The notes under the pieces were generated by a model. That model searched no databases and had not been told where the DNA came from. It saw only the letters and a program-made list of their open reading frames with translations. Positions 1 through 12,146 of a DNA stretch of 64,000 nucleotides are shown here, one piece after another. Each line of letters starts with the position of its first letter. Within the stretch, counting starts at the first letter, position 1. Position numbers and translations under genes: made by a program. Source of the stretch: Eledone cirrhosa. Its lineage: Eukaryota. Where the stretch lies: assembly GCA_964016885.1 (NCBI GenBank), contig OZ024762.1, forward strand, positions 2,728,001 to 2,792,000. Direction: 5' to 3'.

Positions 1-274
1 GGCAGTTTCATATTAGACGGTTTAAGTGTTGGAAATTCTTTGATTACCATTTTGTGAAGATCTACTTTGTATGTTTTATAGTCTGTGGCCATTTTGTATT
101 TAAGATTTCAGTGTTTGTTGGTCCAAATTGCTGGATCTCTGCCAAACACACAGACCTATTTATCTGTTACTGCAAAAATTAGTTTGGGTTAAAAATATAT
201 ATGGCAGAAAAAATACAGAATATATAAAATATAAACAATAATAGCAAGAAACTAAAAATAATATTATTATTATT

Positions 275-492
275 AGAATAGGTAGAGTGTCAGATATTAT
301 GCTTTGTGGTATAGAGTTATGGCCCTTTTTGTTTTGAGTTCAAATCTCGTCGAGGTTAACTTTGCCTTTCATCCTTACGGGGTCGATAAGATAAAGAATC
401 AGTCATGTACTGGGGTCAATTTAATCAACGTTCCCCTCCCCCAAAATTGCTGGCCTTGTGCCTCATCTAGAAACAATTATTATTATTATTAT
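275..492 (+). mobile_element. Nin/Deu-domain tRNA-SINE
   Basis: B box GAGTTCAAATC, GCCTTTCATCCTT.CGGGGTCGATAA core, ...GGCCTTGTGCC...AGAAACAA(TTA)n tail. Confidence 0.8.
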
Positions 493-943
493 CATGAATT
501 TGGTATCTCAGTCATTGATGTTATTTAACTAGAACACCAAGTCTGCTTTCCCTGCTAGCAGGGGCTGGACGGGTTTTCACAGACCAAGTCAGTACCGAAA
601 CAGGGCTACTCACCTCTCAGGCTGGCCGAGGTGTCTGCATCTTGTGGTGGTGATGATGATTGTTGTGGTGATAGTGGTTGTTGGTGGTGATGGGGGTGGT
701 GGTGAAGTTGGTGATGATGGTGGTAGTAATTGTTGTCGTGATGGTGGTGGTTGTGTTTGTTGTGATTGTGGTGGTGGTGAGGGTGGTGGTGGTTGTTTTT
801 ACCTTCAGTTAAGAGATCTTGGCAACCAGTTAGAACTAGTTTGTAACTGTTTATATAATGTTTGGAAAAGAAGTCTCTAGGTGAAGATGTATGTATGTGT
901 ATATATATATATATAATATGGCATGTGTGAAAATGTATATATG

Positions 944-974
<31 letters not shown>

Positions 975-1689
975 TGGCATGTGTGAAGATGTATTAAATA
1001 AATGTTGGTGGAAAAGAAAAATAAGAAAAAATATCAAACTATGCCAAGATAAGATCTTTATGCTCCTTGTTAACTCATAAAGTCTACGGTTAGCTATAGA
1101 CTCTGAGGTATTTAAGTTTTATAAGAGAGTTTTATTAATTGCAGTCTTGGTGCAGCAGTTGTATAGTTTATATACACTCAGGATGCATGAATGGCAGTGA
1201 GAAATAAATTTATTAAAAAGCAATATTTTGCAAGTTGTCAATTCTTTTACAAAGACATCATTGTAAAGACACTCACACCAACATTTATTTCCATCATGAA
1301 ATACAGAGTCGGCTTTGTTAGTTTCGCATTTAATGATCTGGTTCCCCTCATGAAATACAGAGCCGGCTTTGTTACTTTCGTATTTAATGATCTGACAGCA
1401 CAAAAAGATATCTGTCTGTTACTTATGTAGACTGCATATACCCTCCAAACTCTCACCTCTGACCCCTTCATAATAAAGTTCTTTAATATAGACATAAGCA
1501 GCCCTTGTAGTCAAGGGAGTTTGTTTAGGATCACATGCTTCTGAGTTTGATCAAACAGTATTTTAGTCAGAAACAGAGAAAGCTACAAAAAGTAAAAATT
1601 AAAAAAAGCAATTGAAAATGAGATAGGTATAGTCGTGGATATATGATAAGATCAGCTACCTTTTGTCCTGTGAAACAAACTACATATTT

Positions 1690-2200
1690 TATAAGGTTCC
1701 TATTTGAATTAAAATCTTCTAACATAAGTTTATATAAGAACCATATATTAAGTTACTATCTTAAGTAATGAATTAATAATTAATTTTAGTAAACATTTCA
1801 AAATTCCTCATTAGAAATATGATCTTGAAAATGTTAAAGGTTCCTATTTAAGTTAAAATTTTCTAAAATAAGTTTATATAAGAACCATATGTTAAGTTAC
1901 TATCTTAAGTAATGAATTAATAATTTTAGTAAAAGCAGCTCTGGTCTATGAAACAAAACTAAAATCTTCCAACATAAGTATATATAAGAACTGTATATTA
2001 AGTTACTATCTTAGTAAAACAATAATTCTAGTAAATCCCTCTAAATTCTTCATTAGAAATATGATCTTGAAAATGTTAAAGGTTCCTATTTAAAATAAAA
2101 TCTTCCAACGTAAGTTTATATAAGAACCTATATATTAAGTTACTATCTTAAGTAATAACATAAATGGTTTTATTAAATCATTTAAAACTCTTCATTAATC
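1690..2200. repeat. Imperfect tandem repeat, about 4 copies of 110-145 bp
   Basis: Recurrent AAAATCTTC.AACATAAGT.TATATAAGAAC...TTAAGTTACTATCTTA. Confidence 0.75.
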
Positions 2201-2224
2201 AACTGGGATATTTTATTAGAAATA

Positions 2225-2693
2225 CTAGCAGAAAAACCACCCTTTGGATGGTTTTCTGCTAGCATATGTAGTGTGTATATTGATATTATACACAAATATA
2301 TATGCATGTAAATAAAATCGTAACTGACAATATACACAGAAATTGAACGAAGACTGTGTTACACTGTCTTATGTAATCAGTAATCCATGATACATTTAAA
2401 AAGAGAAGATATTATATATAAACTGCATTAGGAGAAAATTAGCGACGGAAATATATGCGATTATAAGTGTTATATTATAACGGCCGCTAACCGGAAGTGT
2501 TGACATTTAACAATTTTAAAGAAGTGAATCTTTAAATAAGCTATAAAATATATTTAATCAACAGCCACGAAATTTAGTAGATAAATTATGTAATATCCAT
2601 TCATTATTAATCAAAGTAATCCAACTTATTTTACAAACGGGGTAAAAAAATATATTCTGGATGCAGTCCCACGCTCCTTTATTATAGTTTAGA
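2225..2693 (-). mobile_element. Non-autonomous Helitron
   Basis: On minus strand begins A|TCTAAACTATAATAAAGG and ends CCATCC-AAA-GGGTGG hairpin ...CTAG|T: TC...CTAG termini, subterminal hairpin, AT insertion site. Confidence 0.7.
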
Positions 2694-3214
2694 TTGACCC
2701 GAAAGGGTTAAACGACAACAACAACAAGTATATAATTACAATAACAAGAGAGAATCTTGCCAAGTGCGTGAGTATTTGTTGATAAATCAGAATAAATAGT
2801 AGTATTTATAATTTGAAATGTAAACAAAAGAGGAGATATTGGCATGGTATTTATGTTTGGTTAGTAGCAACAGGAGCAATAGTAGTTCTGTTAGAAAACC
2901 CTCACTGATAAAGGGTAGGGCTGAGTGATAGGGACGTGTTGATATTTATTAGATATGTTGTTGTTGTTGTCTAATGTATGTTGTAAAGGAGTTTGATGTG
3001 ACATCTGTTTATCTGTACATCTGACATCTGCCATGTACCTTGTAGATATCTCTCACTCCACATGACCTTTTAAGTGCAATAGCAGATATATATATATATG
3101 TGTGTGGAGGCTGTATTTATATGTGTGTGGGTGTATATATATATATGTGTGTATGTGTGGAGGGTGTATTTATATATATGGGTGTGCGTGTTTGTGGGCT
3201 GTATATATATATAT

Positions 3215-3640
3215 AGGTTAGTGTTGGGCTTACAATCACAAGGTTGTGAGTTCAATTCCCAGACCAGGTAGTGTGTTGTGTCCTTAAAAAAGATACTTCA
3301 TTTCACATTGCTCCAGTTCACTCAGCTGTAGAAATGAGTTGCGACGTCACTGGTGCCAAGCTGTATCGGCCCTTGGCTTTCCCTTGGACAACATTATATA
3401 TATATATATAGCATATATATATACTGTACCTATAGTGTATATATAGTGTATATAGTTGCGACGTCACTAGTGCCAAGCTGTATCGGCCCTTGGCTTTCCT
3501 TTGGACAACATTGGTGGTGTGGAGAGCTAAGACTGATATATATGGCTGACTGCTGGACTTCCACAAACAACCTTAACTGGTCTTGTGCTTCAGAGAGAGA
3601 ACTTTAAGCCATTCGTGAGCAAAGGGGGTCTTTAGCCCTT
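3215..3640 (+). mobile_element. tRNA-derived SINE (same head family) with internal duplication
   Basis: B box GAGTTCAATTCC, core GTGTCCTT..AAGA.ACTT; AGTTGCGACGTCACT...GGACAACATT duplicated around a (TA)n tract. Confidence 0.75.
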
Positions 3641-3876
3641 ATGTTATTAAACAATATCTAATTCTACAGACAGTTCTGTTTCAATATATTGTGTATCATC
3701 ACTACAGACACTAACATTGCGTTGCCTTAGTTCAGTCAAAGAAGGTTTTGTTGTTCAGAAGAGAGAAAATCAATGATGCTGGTTGGTTGATGATGATGAT
3801 GTTGTTGTTGTTGTTGTTTAAATTAAAATCCTAAAGTTGAATTAAAATTATTCTTTTTTTTTAAATTTGCTTTCAG

Positions 3877-3979
3877 AATCTGTCAGACATGCCATGATGA
3901 TGCTTCTAAGTTTGTAAGGTTATTAGCAAAACCTGGATGTAAATATTTAGTGGTGGAGGACTTTGTATATTTTGTTCAG
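3877..3979 (+). CDS. PPP2R3A: PP2A regulatory subunit B'' (PR72/PR130/PR70-like), first exon visible in window (gene 5' part upstream)
   Basis: tttcag| ... CAG|gtacgc; translates (K)ICQTCHDDASKFVRLLAKPGCKYLVVEDFVYFVQ, matching B'' family motif CHDDAAKFVHLL..PGCNYLVQEDF. Confidence 0.92.
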
Positions 3980-4022
3980 GTACGCTGACTTCATTTGTCC
4001 ATCATCTCTCTCTCTCGCTCTC

Positions 4023-4113
<91 letters not shown>

Positions 4114-4152
4114 ACATATATCTGTCTCTATCTATCTATCTATCTATTTCAG

Positions 4153-4227
4153 GATGTTGTTGACACTCACCCTGGACTAAGTTTCCTCCAGGAGGCGAGG
4201 GAGTTCCATTCAAGATATGTACATACG
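4153..4227 (+). CDS. PPP2R3A: PP2A B'' exon
   Basis: tttcag|...ACG|gtcagt; DVVDTHPGLSFLQEAREFHSRYVHT (family motif HPGL.FL.EA.EFHSRY); phase 0-0. Confidence 0.95.
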
Positions 4228-5015
4228 GTCAGTAGCTGTCTTTCATCAATGTCTCACTCCCTTACTGTCTCTCTTCCTAGGGGTCAACTTACCTAATTTT
4301 CTCTTTTGCTGGTGTTGGTGGTTGTGGCAATAATAGTAGTAGTAGTAGTAGTAGTAGTTTTTACAGTTGTTGTTATAGTAGTGTTAGTAGTGGTTACAGT
4401 TGTTGTGACTGCTGTCAACATGGTATCTTACCCCACAATCTCTTAACTCCACCACACACCCCTCCATTCTATATCCTATCCCCCTCCACCACACTCTCCA
4501 TCCCCACCATCCATCATAGGCTTATTTCCTCTATCTCCCCCCGCCCCCCACTCCTACTTTCTCTAACGCACCCCTCCTTCATCCCTTCCTCCCCCAGTCC
4601 ACCACACACTCCTGTCTCTAGCCCCCCCTACAGTCTCTACCCCCCCCCCACTCCACCAATGAAACTTGAAACTTTACATCTCTCTCTCTTCTATTCTGTG
4701 TTAAGCTATTTTTATTTTGTTTTTAGTTACCTTATCACTTGTGTCTGTCTGGCTGTCTGTCTGTCTGTCTGGCTGTCTGTCTGTCTGTCTGTCTGCTGTC
4801 TGTCTGTGTGAGTGGCTGTCTGGCTGTCTGGCTGTCTGTCTGTCTGTTTGTCTGTGTGAGTGTCTGGCTGTCTGTCTGTATCTGTTTGTCTGGTTGTATG
4901 TGTCTGTCTGTCTCTCTCTGTCTCTCTCTCTCTCTGTCTATATATATATATATATATATATAGCACTGGAGACAAAAGCACTCTATATATAACCAGAGTT
5001 ATAGTAATATATTGG

Positions 5016-5136
<121 letters not shown>

Positions 5137-5221
5137 CACGTCTGTGACTGTATCAAATGTCTTAACCACAAAGTCCCAAATCTATTTAAAATATTCTTGT
5201 CCTCCATTTCCCCATGTATTG

Positions 5222-5549
5222 TGGCACATGGCTTAGTGGTTAGAGCATTGGGCTGGCAATCGAAAGGTTGTGAGTTCAATTCTCAGACCGGGTGATGTGT
5301 TGTTTCCTTGAGCAAGACACTTTATTTCACATTGCTCCAGTTTACTCAGCTGTAGAAATGAGACCCCAGTCCCTATCATTCCACTGCAAAGTGGCCGTGG
5401 AGGTGCCATGGCAAAAAGGCACCCAGCACTCACTGTAAATGAGGTTGGTGTTAGGAAGGGCATCCAGCTGTAGAAATCAAGCCAGCATCAGTTCCCGTCC
5501 CACCCTTGCAAGCAGGGAAAAGTGGACGTAAAATGATGATGATGATGAT
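5222..5549 (+). mobile_element. tRNA-derived SINE with RTE 3' tail
   Basis: A box TGGCTTAGTGG, B box GAGTTCAATTC, TCCTTGAGCAAGACACTT core, 3' part nearly identical to LINE 3' UTR, (GAT)n tail. Confidence 0.88.
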
Positions 5550-5612
5550 TGTCTTAACATTCCAATTCCTCATCTTCTTCTTTATTCTCTCTCTCTCTTC
5601 TTCTATATTCAG

Positions 5613-5699
5613 GTAATCTCTAGAATATTCTTCTGTGTAAATAGATCTTGGTCAGGGAAAATAACACCAAATGAACTGAGGCGGAGCCATTTTTTACAG
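5613..5699 (+). CDS. PPP2R3A: PP2A B'' exon
   Basis: attcag|...CAG|gtaagt; VISRIFFCVNRSWSGKITPNELRRSHFLQ. Confidence 0.95.
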
Positions 5700-5910
5700 G
5701 TAAGTCAATGTCAAAAACATGGACAGGTGTGTCAACGCTGGTATAGTAACTCCTATGTCAACGTTGTTGTTGGTACTGTTGTTGTTGTTGTTACAAACTC
5801 TTCTGTTACTGGAAGAGGAGATAATGGTGTTGTTGTTACTGTTGTTATTCCAGACTGGAGGAGGAAGACCTCAGTGTTATTACTGTTGTTGTTGTTGTTG
5901 TTATTGTTGT

Positions 5911-6148
5911 TACTGGGGTAATTGCTGGCCTTGTGCCAAAAGCAGAAACAATTATTATTATTATTGGCAGTATCGGTAGAGAGTCGGACACCATGCTTTG
6001 AAGCATAGTTACGCCCCTTTACTGTGTGAGTTGAAATCCCACCGAGGTTAACTTTGCCTTTCATCCTTACAGGGTCGATAAAATTAAGTACCAGTAATGC
6101 ACTGGGTATTTGATGGCCTTGTGCCAAAAGTAGAAACAATTATTATTA
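5911..6148 (+). mobile_element. Nin/Deu-domain SINE plus preceding tail fragment
   Basis: TGGCAGTATCGG A box, GAGTTGAAATCC, core, (TTA)n tail. Confidence 0.82.
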
Positions 6149-6349
6149 TTGTTGTTGTTATTGATGTTGTTGTTGTTATTGATGTTGTTGTTGTTGTTAT
6201 TGATGTTGTTGTTGTTGTTATTGATGTTGTTGTTGTTGTTATTGATGTTGTTGTTGTTGTTATTGATGTTATTGATGTTGATGTTGTTGCTGTTGTTGTT
6301 ATTGATGTTGTTGTTGTTGTTGTTATTGATGTTGTTGTTGTTGTTGCAG

Positions 6350-6506
6350 ACTCTTCTCTTACTGGAAGAAGAAGACGACATCAACCAAATAACCGATTAT
6401 TTCTCCTATGAACATTTCTATGTGATATATTGTAAATTTTGGGAACTGGATCAAGACCACGACCTCTACATTGACAGATCTGACCTGGCACGGCACAACG
6501 ACCATG
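6350..6506 (+). CDS. PPP2R3A: PP2A B'' exon (EF-hand 1)
   Basis: ttgcag|...CATG|gtaggt; [52 protein letters not shown]. Confidence 0.97.
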
Positions 6507-6527
6507 GTAGGTCATACTTTCTATATA

Positions 6528-7380
6528 TGTGGTGGTGGTGGTGGTGGGGTCATGTGTGGTGGTGGTGGTGGTGGTGGGGTCATGTGTGGTGGTGGTGGTG
6601 GTGGTGGTGGGGGTCATGTATGGTGGTGGTGGTGGTGGGGTCATGTATGGTGGTGGTGGTGGGGGGGTCATGTGTGGTGGTGGTGGTGGTGGTGGTGATG
6701 GGGTCATGTATGGTGGTGGTGGTGGTGGTGGTGGGGTCATGTATGGTGGTGGTGGTGGTGGTGGGGTCATGTATGGTGGTGGTGGTGGTGGTGGTGGGGT
6801 CATGTATGGTGGTGGTGGTGGTGGGGGGGGGGGGGGTCATGTATGGTGGTGGTGGTGGTGGTTGGGTCATGTATGGTGGTGGTGGTGGTGGGGTCATGTA
6901 TGGTGGTGGTGGAGTCATGTATGGTGGTGGTGGTGGGGTCATGTATGGTGGTGGTGGGGTCATGTATGGTGGTGGTGGAGTCATGTATGGTGGTGGTGGT
7001 GGGGTCATGTATGGTGGTGGTGGGGTCATGTGTGGTGGTGGTGGTGGGGTCATGTATGGTGGTGGTGGGGTCATGTGTGGTGGTGGTGGTGGTGGGGTCA
7101 TGTGTGGTGGTGGTGGAGTCATGTATGGTGGTGGTGGGGTCATGTGTGGTGGTGGTGGGGTCATGTGTGGTGGTGGTGGGGTCATGTGTGGTGGTGGTGG
7201 TGGTGGTGGTGGTGGTGGAGTCATGTGTGGTGGTGGTGGGGTCATGTGTGGTGGTGGTGGTGGTGGTGGTGGGGTCATGTGTGGTGGTGGTGGTGGTGGA
7301 GTCATGTGTGGTGGTGGTGGAGTCATGTGTGGTGGTGGTGGTGGGGGTCATGTATGGTGGTGGTGTGTTGGGGTCATAGT
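6528..7380. repeat. (GGT)n-GGTCATGT minisatellite
   Basis: Variable-length units; source of spurious W/G/V-rich ORFs. Confidence 0.9.
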
Positions 7381-7812
7381 GATGTGGTGGTGTGTTGTAT
7401 GACATAATGACCATGGTAGGCCACATATATATATATGTGTGTGTGTGGGTGGTGATTGTGGTAGTGATACTGCTGGTGATAGGTATGGGGGTGGTTTGGT
7501 GGTATATGAGATCATCAAGGGGGTGTAGTGGTGGTTGTGTTGGTGGCAGCGGTGATGGTGTCAGTGAAACCGACATAAACTCCGACATGATGAAACCTCA
7601 AGTCACGAAACAGACCTTAAACTTTTTAATAAAGTTCAGGTCCTTTTATCGACCCCTAGAGGACGAAAAGCAAAGTTGACTTCAGTGAGATTTGAATTTA
7701 GATTGAAAAGGGCTGCGCAGCATTTCATCCGACGCTCTACCGATTCTGCCACTCCACGGCTCAGATGTAGAAATATATTAACTATAGAAGTTGTTTCTGT
7801 TTTATTTTACAG

Positions 7813-7861
7813 CCATGTCTTCCAGAATCGTAGACCGAATATTCTCTGGTGCTGTGACTAG
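7813..7861 (+). CDS. PPP2R3A: PP2A B'' exon
   Basis: ttacag|...AG|gtaagt; (A)MSSRIVDRIFSGAVT(R); phases fit neighbours. Confidence 0.95.
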
Positions 7862-8308
7862 GTAAGTACTGGCATCATGTCACCATGTTTTTAAGGGTTT
7901 CATTAGAACAGGGTTTCCAAAATGTTTTCAAGCATGGAACCCTTTTTGGTTCAGAAACTTTGAACCCCAGACAGACCGGCTATTACTTCACTAATCCTCA
8001 CCACACTAAACCTTACCACAGTAAACCTCACCTCACCAGCCCTTACCTCAGTAAACCTCACCTCACTAAACCCCAGACACACCAGCCCTCACAACACTAA
8101 ACCTCACCACACCAGCCCTCACTTCAATAAATGTTACCACATCGACCCTTGCCTCACAAATCCTCGCCACACCGGCCCTTGCCTCACTAAACCATGCCAC
8201 ACTAAGTCTCACCTCACTAAACCTTACCATTGTAAACCTTACCACATAAACCCTCACCGCAACCCCTTTTCTTTATTGTACTGAGGGTTTATATGTTTAC
8301 TATTACAG

Positions 8309-8395
8309 GGGAGAGGCCCAGAAGGAGGGTAAGATGAGTTACCCTGAATTTGTCTGGTTTCTTATTGCTGAAGAAGACAAGAATCACCCAACAAG
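8309..8395 (+). CDS. PPP2R3A: PP2A B'' exon
   Basis: ttacag|...AG|gtaaga; GEAQKEGKMSYPEFVWFLIAEEDKNHPT(S). Confidence 0.96.
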
Positions 8396-8768
8396 GTAAG
8401 ACATTTCTATTGGTTGACCTTCCGACAGGATGGGCAGGGATGGAAGGGGCAGCAGGACAGGGAAACAGTGGGGCAATGAGACGTCTGTCATGGGAGAATT
8501 AGGGCACAGGGAGAGTATGGTATTGGGACAGCTAGACAGTGAGATAAGGGGACAAGGTGACAGTGGAATGGGGGGGAAAATGGGACAGTGGGATAGGGTG
8601 ACTAGTGGACAGTGGGACAGGGGAACACTTATACATATTCACACTCATATCTACACTGACACACATATTCTCACACACCCACACTCATACACACACCCAC
8701 ACACATACCCAGATACCCTCTCAATTTGCTACGTCAGTGTTGCCGTGACAATTGTTTCTATTTTCCAG

Positions 8769-8913
8769 TATAGAATATTGGTTCCGCTGTATGGACATTG
8801 ATGGAGACGGGGCCTTGTCTATTTATGAAATGGAATATTTCTACGAGGAACAGATGCACAAGATGGAGGCCCTTGGTATCGAGAAATTACATTTTGAAGA
8901 TTGTTTATGTCAA
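8769..8913 (+). CDS. PPP2R3A: PP2A B'' exon (EF-hand 2)
   Basis: ttccag|...CAA|gtatga; IEYWFRCMDIDGDGALSIYEMEYFYEEQMHKMEALGIEKLHFEDCLCQ, canonical DxDGDG EF loop. Confidence 0.97.
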
Positions 8914-9482
8914 GTATGAACACATTGTATCTATCTCTCTCTCTCCCTCTCTCTCTCTCCCACTCTCTTTGCCTTTCCCTCCCCCCTCTTCCCCTTCTCT
9001 CCTCTCTCCGTCCCTCCCTCATTCTCCCCCTCTCTCCCCCCTCTCTCTCTCTCTCCCTCCCTCTCTCTCCCACTCTCTCTGCCCCCTCTTCCCCTTCTCT
9101 CCTCTCTCCGTCCCTCCCTCTTTCTCCCTCTTTCTCCCCCTCTCCCCCCTCCCGCTCTCTCCCCCCTCTCTCTCCCTTTTTCTTTTTCTCTTCCTCTCTC
9201 TGTTTTCATATGCAAATGTCCATACACACATATAAATACACACACACTTGCATAGACACACACATATATACATATATATATTTATACACACACACACACA
9301 CACACAGTGTTAGTGCCACAAAAAATGCACCCAGTACACTTTATACAGTGGGATTACTTCACAACCACCAACAACACCATATCACCACCTCTATATCACC
9401 ACATCACCACCAACACCACCACACCATTACCACACCAACACCACCTTACTAATATATATATATCTGTCTTTGTAATCTCCAG

Positions 9483-9632
9483 ATGTTGGACCTGGTCTGT
9501 CCAAAAGTCCCCGAGAAAATCACCCTACAAGATCTCAAAGCCTGCAAGATGACTGATGTCTTCTTTGACACGTTCTTCAATTTGGACAAATTCCTTGACC
9601 ACGAGCAACGAGACCCTTTCACGAATGTACGG
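9483..9632 (+). CDS. PPP2R3A: PP2A B'' exon
   Basis: ctccag|...CGG|gtgagt; MLDLVCPKVPEKITLQDLKACKMTDVFFDTFFNLDKFLDHEQRDPFTNVR. Confidence 0.97.
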
Positions 9633-10116
9633 GTGAGTCACAAACACACCTGTTTGGTGTGTGTGTGTATGTATGTATGTATGTATGTATATGTGTGTGT
9701 ACGTATGTATCTGTGTATGTATGTATGTGTGTGTGTATATACATAAGTATGTATGTAATGTTTGTGTATTTACGTGTGTATGTATTTAATGCTTCTGTAT
9801 GTATGTATGTATGTACATATATACATTAAATTGTTCAAATATGAAATTAAACGTTGGTGTGAAATCTGGTTTATTAAATGAAATAAAATTCATAAATTTG
9901 AAGAGGTAAAATAGAGTAAAGTTTGAAAATTTTTTTTAATTATCTCCCTTGCATTTAATGCAATTGTCTCCCTTGCATTTAATGCAATTGTCTCTCTTGT
10001 ATATAATGCAATTGTCTCCCTTGCATTTAATGCAATTGTCTCTCTTGTATATAATGCAATTATCCCAGAGAAAAGCCTGAAAAATTCAGAAGCTAATTTT
10101 TTTTCTGAATTAAATA

Positions 10117-10456
10117 TAATTGTTTCTACTATTGGCACAAGGCCAGCAATTACCCAGTACATGACTGGTACTTTATTTTATCGAGCCCGTAAGGATGAAA
10201 GGCAAAGTTAACCTCAGCGGGATTTGAACTCAGAATGGCAAGGGCCGTAACTCTATGCGTCAAAGCAAAATGACCTCCCTTGTAAATAATTGTTTCTACT
10301 TTAGGCACAAGGCCAGCAATTAACCAGTACATTACTGGTACTTTATTTTATTGACCCCGTAAGGATGAAAGGCAAAGTTAACCTCGGCGGGATTTGAACT
10401 CGGATCATAAAGGGACGTAACTATGCTGGAAAGCATGGCGTCCGATACTGCCAATA
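10117..10456 (-). mobile_element. Tandem pair of Nin/Deu-domain SINEs
   Basis: Two head-to-tail minus-strand copies (10117-10270, 10286-10456); another degenerate copy at about 7620-7755. Confidence 0.82.
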
Positions 10457-10697
10457 ATGCAAGGGAGATAATGCCGAAAATACACAAGGGAGGTAACTGT
10501 GAGAGTACGTGCAATGCTAGACATATGACTTAATTATTTTAATCGAATTGTATCTTATATGTTTGATTGGGAAATGGTGGTCTGGTGTTGTGGGGTGCGG
10601 TGTTTGTGGTGTGGTGGGGGAATGGTGGTGGTGTAGTGTTGTGACATTAATAATAATTATTATACCTTAACCTAAACACATCTCTCTTCTCACCTAG

Positions 10698-10795
10698 GAC
10701 CCCGAATCTGATGTCCCTGATATGTCAGATTGGGAGAAATATGCTGCTGAAGAATACGAGAATTTATTGGCTGAAGTTGGTGTAAATGAAGAAAT
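10698..10795 (+). CDS. PPP2R3A: PP2A B'' exon
   Basis: acctag|...AT|gtaagt; DPESDVPDMSDWEKYAAEEYENLLAEVGVNEE (family motif SDWEKYAAEEY). Confidence 0.95.
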
Positions 10796-11002
10796 GTAAG
10801 TACTACATATTTATATTGACTTGTTGTTGTTACTGTTATTACTGTTTTTGTTACTGTTACTGTTGTTGTTGTTGGTGGTGGTGGAATGGCTGAGTTGTTA
10901 GTGTCAGACAAATACCTTGCAGTATTTGTTTCAGCCCTTCATGTTGGTAAACAATGTCTTTTATGAGAAATATGGATAATGAGAGTGTTAACTGCTGCTC
11001 TT

Positions 11003-11046
<44 letters not shown>

Positions 11047-11229
11047 CTGTGTGTGTGTGCATGTGTATACAAGCTGTGTCTGTGACATAAAGCAGGGTAT
11101 ATGTATGTGTGTGTATATATATATATATATGTGGTGCCATCTCTAAACCTCTGTGTGTATATAAGCTGTGTGTGTATATGTATATGGTGACTTCTCTAAA
11201 CATGTATGTGTATATATAAGCTGTATATA

Positions 11230-11953
<724 letters not shown>

Positions 11954-11984
11954 ACTTAACTGTACCAAGGATCTCACACACTTT

Positions 11985-12063
<79 letters not shown>

Positions 12064-12128
12064 TTGTATATATGTGGTGACATCTCTAAACCTCCATTTC
12101 ACTCTGTCTTCTAAACTTTCCTTTACAG

Positions 12129-12146
12129 GACATATTCACAATACTG
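12129..12146 (+). CDS. PPP2R3A: Candidate 18-nt frame-preserving microexon of the PP2A B'' gene
   Basis: Pyrimidine tract ...ttctaaactttcctttacag|GACATATTCACAATACTG|gtgcgt; phase 2-2, no stop, gives M-T-Y-S-Q-Y-C. Confidence 0.45.

Noticed and set aside
5222-5292. tRNA gene
   Set aside because: A and B boxes present but no complete cloverleaf, and it runs into SINE core and LINE tail
6149-7407. 417-aa ORF as a single gene
   Set aside because: Only 6350-6506 is a real exon; the rest is GTT and GGT repeat
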